Shown one piece after another: positions 1 through 12,000 of a stretch of 64,000 nt of DNA. Numbering within the stretch: position 1 is the stretch's first letter; the number at the start of each line of letters is the position of its first letter. This stretch comes from Candidatus Spongiisociaceae bacterium. GTDB lineage: Bacteria; Actinomycetota; Acidimicrobiia; Spongiisociales; Spongiisociaceae. The notes under the pieces are model-generated. The model saw only the letters and a list, made by a program, of their open reading frames with translations, was not told where the DNA came from and did no database searches. The stretch is from NCBI GenBank assembly GCA_965202665.1, contig OZ241841.1, forward strand, positions 768,001-832,000, given 5' to 3'. A program made the translations under genes and the position numbers.

Positions 1-3000
1 GACGCGGTCGTCGGGGGTGAGGTTGAGGGTGATGTTGGTGGTGGCGTAGTTGGTGTTGGCGGGGATTCTGATATCGAACGGGGCCAGCGTTTGGTAGTCT
101 TCTCCGGCGGTGGCGGTTCCGTTGTTTACGGTTACTCGGATGGTTTTCTGAGCGGTTTGGGTGACGCCGGCCGAGAAGGCGGCTTTCACGGTAACATTTT
201 GGCGGGTTCCTTCGGCGGCTTGGGCGACATCCAGGGAGAGGGTTACGGCGCTTTCGTCGTCGACGAGGGTTAGGGTGTCTTCACCGACGGTGAAGGCGGT
301 CAGGGTGTCGTCGGGGTCGCCTCGTACGGTGATCGTTTCGGGGCTCTCAGGGTCATCGTCGTCGATGGCTTCTAGATCGAAGCGGGCGGTTCCTTGCGTT
401 TGGTAGGCGGGGATGGTAATGGAAGGGGGCGAGGTTACGTCCTTGTAGTCCGTGTCGGGTATGGCAGTGTCGCCGACTTTGGCTACTCCCAGGGGGACGA
501 TCACCGAGTGGGGCAGAGTGTTGGTACCCTGGTAGGCGGCTTTTACGACCACCGGAGTGGTGGCTGTTGTTTCGAATATTTGGGCGAGGTCGGCCCCGCC
601 GGGGGTTTGCAGGGTGATGGTTATTTCATCGGGGGCTTGGTCGTCGTCGGTGATGTTCAGGTTGGCTCCTATAACCGGCAGGGTGGATCCGCCCAGCGTC
701 AGGGTCCCGCCTTCGATGTGGATAGTTTCCGGGTCGGCCCCTTCCGACGCTCCCTCGGCGGTGTTGTCGTCGTTTACCTGCAAGGTTACCGTCGCGTGGC
801 CGCTGGTTTCCCCGGCGGAGATAGCGACGGCTAGGTCGTATCCGGCGGGCGGGGCGGGACTGGTGGGCAGGGTGATGCGGTAATCTTCCCCGGTTCCGAA
901 ACCGGTGGAGGCGGCGGCGGGGGCGGCGGTGCCGTTGGCGATGTTCACTCCTATGACGGCGCCTCCGGCGGGGGCTACCACGGGTATGGAGGCGGTTATG
1001 CGCAGGGTGGTGGTTCCGCTGTCCTCCGCGATGGCGGTCAGGGGGGTTCCGGTGTTGTTGGCCCAGCCCAGAGTCACGCCTTGGTCGACGATTTCCAACC
1101 GGGCGGCGGTAGCGGTCACCGCAGAGCCGTCTACCTGCGCGGTAGCGGTGAGGGAAACCCGTTCGGTGGATTCCCCTGTGCTGTCAGCGCGGGCGACAAT
1201 GCGGAAGGTGGCTGCGCCGCTGGTCCGTCCGGCGGGGATGTTCACCGTCAGCTGCCGGTTGGAAGGCAGGTTGGTGTACCAGTCGTTGCTGGTGCCGTGG
1301 GTGGCGGTGTCATCGGCGAGGGTGACCGTCACCGGAACAGCCGCAGTACGGGCGGAAGAGGCTACGTTGTCGAAGGCGGCGGTGACGGTCACAATGTAAT
1401 GGTTGGGTCTTTCCACCAGCAGATCGGGGGTAGCGCTGATGGTGAGGGCGGTGTCGGCGTCGGCGACCGCCAACACCGCGGAAGCAGCGGCGCCCAAAGC
1501 GGAGGTTCCGCTGATAATGATCGTCTCCCGCCCTTCGGTTATATCATCATGTTTCACAGTCAGCCCAGTCAGGGCCGTTCCGGCGGCAGCGCCGGTCGCT
1601 TGGGCGGGGATGGTCACGGTGTACGTTCCGCTGTTTTGATAGTCGGCGGGACTGACCGCCGTTCCGTCCCCCACGGTGAGCGTCACCGCGGTGGCGGTGG
1701 CGATTTCGGAGGAGGTGGTCCCGGTTTGGAAAGCGGCCGACACGGTAATCCCCGACCCAGTTCCGCCTTCCGCCGCCGCCGCGCTGGCGGTTAGGACTAT
1801 CACCGAGTCGTCGTCTTGAATAGTCAGCGAGGCGGGAGTAACCGACAGACCGGGGGTGGTTCCCCCCACTTGGATGGTTTCCCCCACCTCGGCGATAGCG
1901 TCATCGGTTATACCCAAACCGGTCAGAGCGGTGGAGGAACTGCTGACCGAGCCAGCCGGGATGGTCACCGTTATCTCACTGCCGGCCCCGGGAGCGGTGT
2001 AATCAGCCGCTTCCGTACCAGCCCCCGCCGCGAACGACAACGTTACGACGGTGGCGACCCCGATCTGGGAGGTGGTTCCCGCCAAAGAGGCGGTCACCCG
2101 GGCCGCTCTCCCGTCGCCGTCTTCTTCCAACGCGTCGGCGGTTACGTTCAGAGTTATACCGGAGTCGTTGTCGGTGATATCAAAAGCGGTGTCCACCACC
2201 GCCAGCACGCTCCCGCTCGCCACCGCCCCATCCACGGATATCGTCTCCGCCGCCCCCTCCGCCGCCCGGTCGTCGTTCACCGCCACCACAATATCCGCCC
2301 AACCGCTGACCCGCCCCGCGGGAATGGAAATCCCCATCCCGTAACCCGCCGGCGGGGAACCCTGCGGATAAGAAACCCGAAAATCCTCCCCCGCCCCGAA
2401 CATACTGTCATCATCCAAAGTGGCGGACCCGCCCGTCACGTTCACCCCCACCACCACCGGCGTACTCGACGCGACCGGGAGGGTGGCGGTTACCCGCACG
2501 GTGGTGGAACCGCTGTCCTCCCCCAACCCGGTCAACGCCGACCCACCGCTACTCACCGACAACTCAATGCCCCGATCCACCACGTTCACCACAGCCGACT
2601 CCACATCCACCGCCAAACCCCCCACCATAGCCGAACCGCTCACGGTCAAAGCCTCGGCCCCCTCGGCGACGTTGTCGTCGCGGGCGGTCAACTGGAACGT
2701 TCCGTTAGCCGACAACGACCCCGCCGGAATAGTAACCGTAAACTGGTTGCCCGTCTTATCCGTACAAGCATCCCCCGACGCCTGCGGACACGGCGCAGCC
2801 GCCAACGCCGCGCCCCCCGACGCGCCCGCCACCTGTACCGCCACATCCACCGCCTCCGTCAACACGGTACTGGAACCTTTGAAACGGGCGGTAACCGTAA
2901 TCGTCTGCGCCCCCGCGCCTTCCGCCACCAACGATGGAGACACCGACAAATCCACATCCACGTCATCATCCCCAATAGTCACCGTCGCCGCCGTAACCGC

Positions 3001-6000
3001 CCCCAACGAAGACGTCCCGTTCACCAAAAACGTTTCCGGGCCCTCCACGATCGTGTCATCAACGATTGTCAATCCGGTTAGCGTGGCCGGAACCAACGAA
3101 TAAGAAACAAGCCTATCAGGAGTCCCAGGGGGGGTCGCCATTGGGTCGCTGCCGTCGCCGTCATGGTCAACCTCTGTACCCGGAATGGTGAAAGAATTCG
3201 GCGACGACGGCGCATACGAGAAATCAGCCGCAACCGCCTTCCCCGCCCCCGGAGTCTCCACCGCCGTCGACAAAGCCACCACCACATCCGAACCTACCTC
3301 GTTGACCGTACCCGACCGGAAACTCCCCGACACCGACACCGAACCAGAACCGCCCTCCCAAATCACCGTCTGATCCCCATCAACATCCCCATCAGTATCC
3401 ACCTGCAAAGCAACCCGAGTATCGTATTCGTCCACAATACTGATAATCCCCGCAACAACAGTAAAACCCGCCGGCTCAGCCACCACCACCTCTATCGTCT
3501 CCACCGCCTCCGCCACCGGGCCATACCTATACACCTGCAAAGTGCTAAAAGCCGAAGCAGCCAACGTAGCAGACAAAGAACCAGCCGGAATAGACACCAA
3601 CACCTGACCTAAATTACCATTCCAACGCCAATCACAGCTCACTAACGGACACGGCCCAGTATAATCCAACGCCGTCCCCTCCCGCATCGTCACCCGCAAA
3701 TTGTTCAAACCGGCACTGTAAGCAGAAGCCGTCGAAGCAGTGAACACCCCACCAGACACACCCCCCAAATCAGCTCTAAAACCCACCTGATGAGTAGTAT
3801 AACTGAAACCACCAGGTAAGGGCTCCGTGTACCGATCAACCAAAGGAGACACCCGAATAAACCGATCCTGATCCGCAATCCCCAAACCAGCCGCCACCAC
3901 CCCATACCCAGCAACAGAACCAGTAAACCATATCATCTCCCGATTCTCAGTGATGGTATCCGACAGGGGCGTTATGGTCACATCCGCCGAACCACTCGTG
4001 CCCTGCGCGGGAATAGTAATCGTCGCCGTAGCCGAACTACGAGTGAAATCAGTGTTCAACAGCGCGTCGCCGCCCGACGCGCCCACCATCACCGTTACGT
4101 TCACCGGGGATGCGCCCACCGCCGCCGAAGCAGTAGCCGTTATCCGCACCGTCTGCGCACCGCCATCCTCTTCTACCTCGGTCAACGCGGCCGGGGTTTG
4201 CGCGGTATCAGTCAAAGTGAGCGTGATCGCCTTATCCGCGTCGCGGACCGTCATCGCCGTCCCCGTCACCTCCACCGCCGCCCCCCCCACCGCGGCTGAG
4301 CCTGAAATCGTCAGGCCTTCTTCGTCGTCGGCGGTGGAGTCCTCCCGGGCGGTCAACTGAAAAGAACCGCTCCCCAGCAACTGCCCGGCCGGGATAGTAA
4401 CCGTAAACTGATTGCTCGTTTTGTCGGTACACACATCATCCCCGGTCTGCGGACACACCGCCGACGACACCACCGCCCCACCCGACGACGCCGCCGCAAC
4501 AGTCACCGTCACAGCAGTATCCGCAGTCAACACCGAGCTGGTCCCCGCGAAACGGGCGGTAACCGTAATCGTCTGCGCCCCCGACCCCTCCGCTACCACC
4601 GCCGGGAACACCGACAACGAAATATCAGCATCATCATCGGCGATAACCAACTCCCCCGAAACGGGATGCCCGGCACCCAGACTGGAAGTACCGCCAAACG
4701 CTATCGTCTCCGGACCCTCCACAATCGAATCATCCACCACCGACAAACCCGCCAACGTCCCCGAAGAACTCTTCAACCCAGACACACCCACCACCGGAGG
4801 CGTAGCCATAAGATCCTCCGCCACCTTAACAGGAATGGTAAACGACAGCGGCGACGGCGGAGCGTAATCAAAATCGGCGTCGCCCGCCTCCCCCGCCTCC
4901 GGTTCCGTATCTTCTTCGATAGTAAGAGTGGCCGTGACCGGCGTCGTGTGACGGGTAGCGGTGACTCCGGAGGGCCATCCCGCCCATACTTCCACTCCTG
5001 TGCCGGAAGCACCCTCCGCTATTTCGGTCTGGTTGCCCATAGTGTTGCCGTCGGTGTCCACCCTGAACACCACCCGCGAATCCGTCACGTCCCGCACCTT
5101 AATCCAGGCTCTTTCCTGAGTGAACCCCGCTGGAAGCGTCCTCGCTCCCAGCCGTTTAATCGCCTCATCCGGATCCGCTGTGTTGTTTACCTCGACGGAA
5201 TGTGATATGTCTTGCGAAGCGGTGAGTGAACCAGACGGAATATTAAAATATTTCCTCAAATAAAACAAATAACTTTCCCAGTCATATACGTGATATCTAG
5301 CAATAGTTCTAGTATTTTGGCTATTGCCAGAACCTTCAGGGGACCACGCCTGCAAATTCATATTGGAACTGTAAGTAGAGGACGTGGAAGGAGTGAACAC
5401 GCCGCCGGAGGTGCCTCCTAAAGTAGCGGTGCCATCCGAAACAACCGAGCTACGGCGGGAAGCCCACTCGTCAATCGTGTCCGGGTTCAAAGTGAACTTG
5501 ATAACCCGGTCTTGGTCGATGATCTGTAGATCGGCTGGTACTACCGCATACCCCGTAGCGGCGCCCGCGAAGCGGATAGTTTCGTGATCTTCAGTGACCC
5601 TGTCCTGCACGGGGGTGATGGTTACGTCGGCGGTTCCGCTGGTGTCATTCGCCGCGATGGTCACCGTTGCCTCCCCGGCGCTGCGTAGATAGTCCCCTAG
5701 CGTTCCCAAGGCGGCGGTGCCGCCTGTGGCGCCTACGGTGACTGTTACGTCGGTGTCGGCGGTGGGGGCCGTCCCGACGGTGGCCACCACCCGCACCGTC
5801 TGCGCGCCGCCGTCTTCTTCCACTGCGGTTAGCGCGGCGGGGGTTTGGGCGGTGTCAGTGAAACTCAACGTAATCGCCCGCCCCGGATCCCGCATCGACA
5901 TTTCGGTTCCGGTGACCGTAGCTGTTGCGCCGCCGACGGTGGCGGAGCCGGTTACCGTCAGTTTCTCATCATCGTCGGCGGTGGTGTCGTCGCGGGCGGT

Positions 6001-9000
6001 GAGCTGGAAAGTAGCGGCGCCGCTGGTTTCCCCGGCGGGGATGGTCACGGTCAGCTGGCTGCTGGTCAAACCGGTAACGCACACATCAGTGGTGGAGGAG
6101 GGGCAGGCGGCCAGGGTGGCACCGTTGCTGGACGCGGAAGCGACCGTCACCGTCACGTCGGTGGCGGCGGTCAGGGCGGAGGTGGTTCCCGCGAAAGCGG
6201 CGGTAACCGTTATCGTCTGCGTACCCGAGCCTTCCGCTACTGAGGCGGGGAACACTGACAGCGTGATGTCGTCGTCGTCGTCGACGATGGTTATAGTAGC
6301 GGGGGTGGCGTCGCCTAACGGGGAAGAACCGCTAATGGTAATCGTCTCCGGCCCTTCCACAATCGCGTCGTCGGTGACCGTCAACCCGGTTAGGGTGGCG
6401 GTGGCTGAGGGGGTGGCGTTGTTAGCGGGGAAAGTGATGGTATTGGGCGTGGCCGGGGTGTAGGTGAAGTCGGCGGCGACGGCCTTCCCGGCTCCGGCCG
6501 GGGTGGGGGCGGCGGCTGATAGGGTCACGTTGGTGGCGGAACTAATGACTGAGGTGGTGGCGTTGTAGTAAGCGGCGGAAACGGTCACACCGGAACCGGT
6601 AGCGCCTTCCGCCAGCGTGGTCTGGGTTCCCGTCGCGCTGTCAGTGTCCACGGTTATCGCTATCTGGTTGGAGTCTTGGATGGTGATCGTCTCCCTGACC
6701 GCGGTCCAACCGGAGGGAACGGCGGGACGGAAGTAAAATATCTGATCCGGTTCCGCCACCGTGTCCTTCAAAACAGCAACCACCGGAACCGCGGTGGGAG
6801 CGTACACTATATTCACATTACCGGAAAGGGCCCCCGCGTTTATAGTCACCTCCAGCGGGTCGTCCGCCTCGCCGTGCTCATGGAAGATATCGTCGGTAGT
6901 GCTAGTCTGGCCGCCCACGGTGGCCGTCCCCGCATCAACCCGCACCCGCATCCCCAAATTAGAACTGTAAGTAGAAGAGGTGGAGGGGGTGAACACCCCG
7001 CCCGACACCCCGCCCAAAACAGCCGTCATACCCCGGAAAAACTTGAGAATGCCATTATACTGGTTAGTCAACGCCTCCCCCTCCCTAGGCTCCCGCACCA
7101 CCAGATCCCCCTCCGCCGCCATCACCTTCACCGCCCGATCCTGATCCTGTATCACCAAATCATTCGCCACCACCGCATACCCAGTGGCTGAACCGGTGAA
7201 CCGGATAATCTCCAAGTCTTCGGTGATGGTATCCGACGCGGGGGTGATAGTCACATCCGCCGTCCCGCTGGTATCGTTGGCGGCGATCGTCACCGACACC
7301 CTATCCGCACTCGACGAATAATCCCCCGCCCCAGCCGTAGTACCCTCCGCCCCCACCACCACATCCACCACCACCGCCGACGTCGGCGCCACCGGCGCAG
7401 AAGCCACCACCCGAATCACTTTAGCCCCCCCATCCTCCCCCACATCCACCAACGGAACCGGCGTAGAAGCAGTGTCAGTAAAACTCAACGCGATGGACCG
7501 GCCCGGATCGTAAATCGTCAACTCCGTCCCCTCCACCACCGCCGCCTCCCCCCCGATAGCGGCCGCGCCGGATACGGTCAGGTCCTCGTCGTTGTCCGCC
7601 GCGTTGTCGCTACGGGCGGTCAGCATAAACGACCCAGACGCCTCAACGCTCCCCGCCGGGATGCTGATAGTGAACTGGTTGTTGGCCTGGTCGGTGCAAG
7701 CATCCTCAGAAGTAGCCGGACACGCCGCCGCCAACGTAGCCCCCAGTTGCGATCCCGCTATGGTGGCCGTCACCGCCGTCGCCGCGGTCAACGCGGAAGT
7801 TTCTCCCCGGAAACGGGCGGTCACCCCGATCCGCTGAGCGGCGGCCTGCTCCAACACCTCCGCCGGGGAAACCAGCACATCTATCACCGCGTCGTCGTCG
7901 ACGATAGCCAACGAACCCGACACCGCAACCCCGGACGCGTCCGTTCCGCCCAACGTCAACCGCTCGGGTCCTTCCACGCTGGCGTCGTTTGTGATAGTAA
8001 GACCAGGAATAGTGCCGCTTACTGAGGTGGAACCAGCCGGGATGGTCAACAACACCGGAGCAGGCGACGGATAAGAAAAATCAGCCGTCCCCGCACTATC
8101 AGCCCCCACCGACGTTAAAGACACCACCAGCGGGTCGGTCAACTCCGACGACCCCGCCGGCAAAAAGGCTTCCACGCCCACTGTTCCGTCTGCGTCCTCC
8201 GACACGCTCCCCCGCAACCCAGGACGGCTGTCATCATCCGTCACCGTCATCAACTGAGGATCCGCCCCGAAACCCGCCGGAAGGCTGGAAATGGTCATCT
8301 GATAAGTCTCATCCCCCTCCGCCACGTCATCCACGCAACTCACCAACTGCACCGTCGCCGTCCCCGACGTGGAACCAGCCGCGATGGTTATGAACTCCCA
8401 AGCGGTGGGCATGGTGTCCACCGCGAACCCATCCGACGAATAATCCTGATTATAAGTAGCCGTACCATCCACCGTCCGCACCCGCCCCCGCACATTACTA
8501 CCCAACGTCGAGGAGGTAGCCGCGGTGAACACCCCCTCCGCCGACAACCCACCCAGGCGGCCGGTCACCGTCCTGGAAAACGGAGCGGAAGTCATACACT
8601 GGCTGCGGGTGGCCCAGCCCGACTGCGGATCCCCACCCTCCCCGTACGACGCCTCCCCCTCCCCCACCCCTATCCCCACCGTTCGGTCCTGGTCGGTGAT
8701 TTCCAAATCAGCCCCCCGCACCGCATACCCCCCCGCCGAACCCCCGACGCGGATCGTCTCGTTCTCTTCTGATATGGTGTCCTCCAACGGGGTGACCGTC
8801 ACATCCACCGACCCGCTCGTCCCTCCCGACGGAATAGTGATCGTCGCCGGATCCGACTTTGCGTAATCCCCTCCCGTGCAAACCTCGTTCTGCCCCGACC
8901 CCGCGCACGACTGCGGATCAGCCGAACCCCCCGCCGCGCCCACCGTCACCGACACCACCGTCTCCGCCGACACCGCCGCCGGAGCAGTAGCCGTCACCCG

Positions 9001-12000
9001 CACCACCCGCGCCCCCCCGTCCTCCCCCACCGCCGTCAACGCCACAGGAGTTTGCGCGGTGTCGGTCAAAGACAAATCAATCGCCTGCCCCGGATCAAAC
9101 ACGCTAATCTCCGCGGACGCCACCGCCACCGCCGCGCCCCCCACCGACGCCGTCCCCGACAACACCAGCCCCTCTCCCCCCTCCGCGTTGCCGTCGTCCC
9201 GGGCGGTCAGCCGCAACGTCGCCGACCCGCTGGTGGCGCCCGCCGGGATGGACACCGTGAACTGATTATTGGTCTTGTCGGAACACACGTCTCCACTGGT
9301 CTGCGGACACACCGCCGACGACAACACCGCCCCACCCGACGCCGCGCTCGCCAACGTCACCGTCACATCAGTCGCCGCCGTCAAAACGGAACTGCTCCCC
9401 CTAAAAGCCGCCCTCACCGTGATCGCCTGCTCCCCGGCTCCTTCCAGCACCGACGACTCCGACACCGTCAAATCAATATCCGCATCATCATCCACAATCG
9501 TCACCGAACTATCCGCCGCCGACACCCCCGCCACCCCCGTAACCACCCCCGACAAAACAAACGTCTCCGGACCCTCCACCACACCATCATCCACCACCGC
9601 CAACCCCCCCAACGCCGCCGACCCCGACACACTATTAGCCGCCACCGAAACCGTGTTCGGGGAAGCGGGCGCATACGTGAAATCAACCGCCGACGCCACC
9701 CCCGCCCCCGGCGCACCCAACCCCGCAGACAAAACAACCGAAGTCGCCGACCCGATCGTAGACGAACCCGCCGAAAACGCCGCCACCCCCACCGCCCCCG
9801 ACAACGACTCCCCCTCCCGCAACGGCTGCACCCCAGTTGTTCCCCCATCAGCGTCTATCGACAGATTAAGCGCCGAATCCGGATCTGTGATATACACGTT
9901 GGGATTCGGCGACAAACTATAACCCGCTACCTGGCTGTTCCCCCACTCAAAACGGAAATCCTCCGTACCCTCCGCCTTATTATCAGCATAAAAGTTGAAA
10001 GGCCACGTCACCGACCCCGACACCGAACCAGCCGCGATGGAAATATCCCTAAAAGAAAAGCCAATCTGATAAAAATCATCTACATTGCCTTGATCGTCCT
10101 CCTGCGTCGCCGACTGGTCCCGAAAATACAACCGCGAAGTAAAACTACTGCTATGAGTGCTGGACGTCGACGGAACAAACACATTATCAACCATCTGCCC
10201 AAACCGGGCCGTCAACCGCATATCATTACGGGTATTGCCCGACGCAGGCTCCGCTACCGTCGACGGCGACACGCTCAAATCCACATACCGATCCCCATCA
10301 TTAATAGTCAACATCGCCGGAGCGACCACCCACTGCGAATTGGAGCGACCCCAAAACACCACCGACTCCCCATCCTCCGTCACCGTATCATCATACGTAG
10401 TGATCGTCACATCCCCCACCGTCGCCATCGAATCACTCGGCTCCATACGAACAGTCACCTCCCCCGTGCTCCGCCCGAAATCCCCCGTGCACACCCGGCT
10501 CTGACCCGAACCCGAACACGACCCCAACGTAGCCGAACCCCCCACCGAACCCGGCGTCACCCACACCACCCTCGAATACCGCGACTCCCACACCGACTGC
10601 CACGACCCGGCCATAGTAGCCCGCACCCGCACCGCCTTCCCAACCCCCTCCCCCACCGATGACAACCCCGCCTCCCCGGTCGCCGTCTCATGCAACGACA
10701 ACCCAATCACCTTCGGATGAGCCGCGTCGTAAATCTGAAAACTCGTACTCGACACATCCACCGACCTGCCCCCCACCGACGCCGTCCCCGATAACGTTAC
10801 CCCCTCCACCCCCTCCGACGCGCCCCCCTCATCCCGCGCCGTCATCGCAACCGTCGCCGACCCGCTCAACTCCCCCGCCGGGATCGTCACCGAAAACGAA
10901 TTCCCCGCATCAGTACAAACATCCCCGCTCGTCTGCGGACACGCCCCCGACGACACCACCGCCCCATTCGTCGTCGACGACGCAAAACTCACATTCACCA
11001 CCGTATCCGACGGGATCACCGAACGAACCGCGTCCCTAAACCTCGCCGTCACCGTCACCGGCTGCGGAATATCACTCTCCGCGAACGCCGAAAAAGAACT
11101 ATTAGACGACGACACCGACAACGCAATGTTCGTATCATCATCCACAATCGTCACCGGCGCCCCCGACACATAACCACGATCCACCGTCACATAAAACACC
11201 TCCGGTGGCTCCGCCACTCGATCCCCCACCTCCGACAAAGCCTGAAACCTAACATCCTCAACCGAATCCGACGCAACCCACGGCCTAATACCCACCAAAC
11301 GCCGATTCGCCAACACCGCATTATTAAAATGCGCAAACTCGTAATCGCGTCTCTCATCCGTCACCCCCGACACCACCCCCTTCGCCGTACCATCCACCGC
11401 CCTCACCTGCACATCCCCCACACTAGCAGAAGTCAAATTAGCCGTAACAGGCACAAACACCCCACTCGACGTATCCCCCCAACGCAACGACACCGTACCC
11501 GACTGACCCACCCCCGCCATCCCCTCACTAACCTCACTAACAGAATACGCCACCCCCAACCTACGATCCCGATCCGCAATACTCAACCCCACCTCAGTAT
11601 TCGCATACGAAAACCCACTAACTTTAGCCCAATCATAGAGTTTTATCTTAAACGACTCATAATACTCCCGCACCGTATCATCCACCATCCTCAACGTAAA
11701 ATCAATCTGTTTATGAGTGTCTCCACTACCCCAATTAAACCACGAATTGTCTGTGATATGATCATTCCAATTACTAGCAGATGTACAACAGTTACCATGC
11801 AAACCAAACTGATAATCCACATGACGAGTAGCACCACCAGCCGTATTAAAAAACGCATCACCACCTTTATGCGCCGCAGGCGAAATATTCACATGAAGCC
11901 GCAACTGCAAATCCCCATCATTCTCAGCAACAGACGAAACCGGATTATTACTCCGATCCGTAATACTAAACGAAACAGTCGGCACCTGCCCCACCACCCC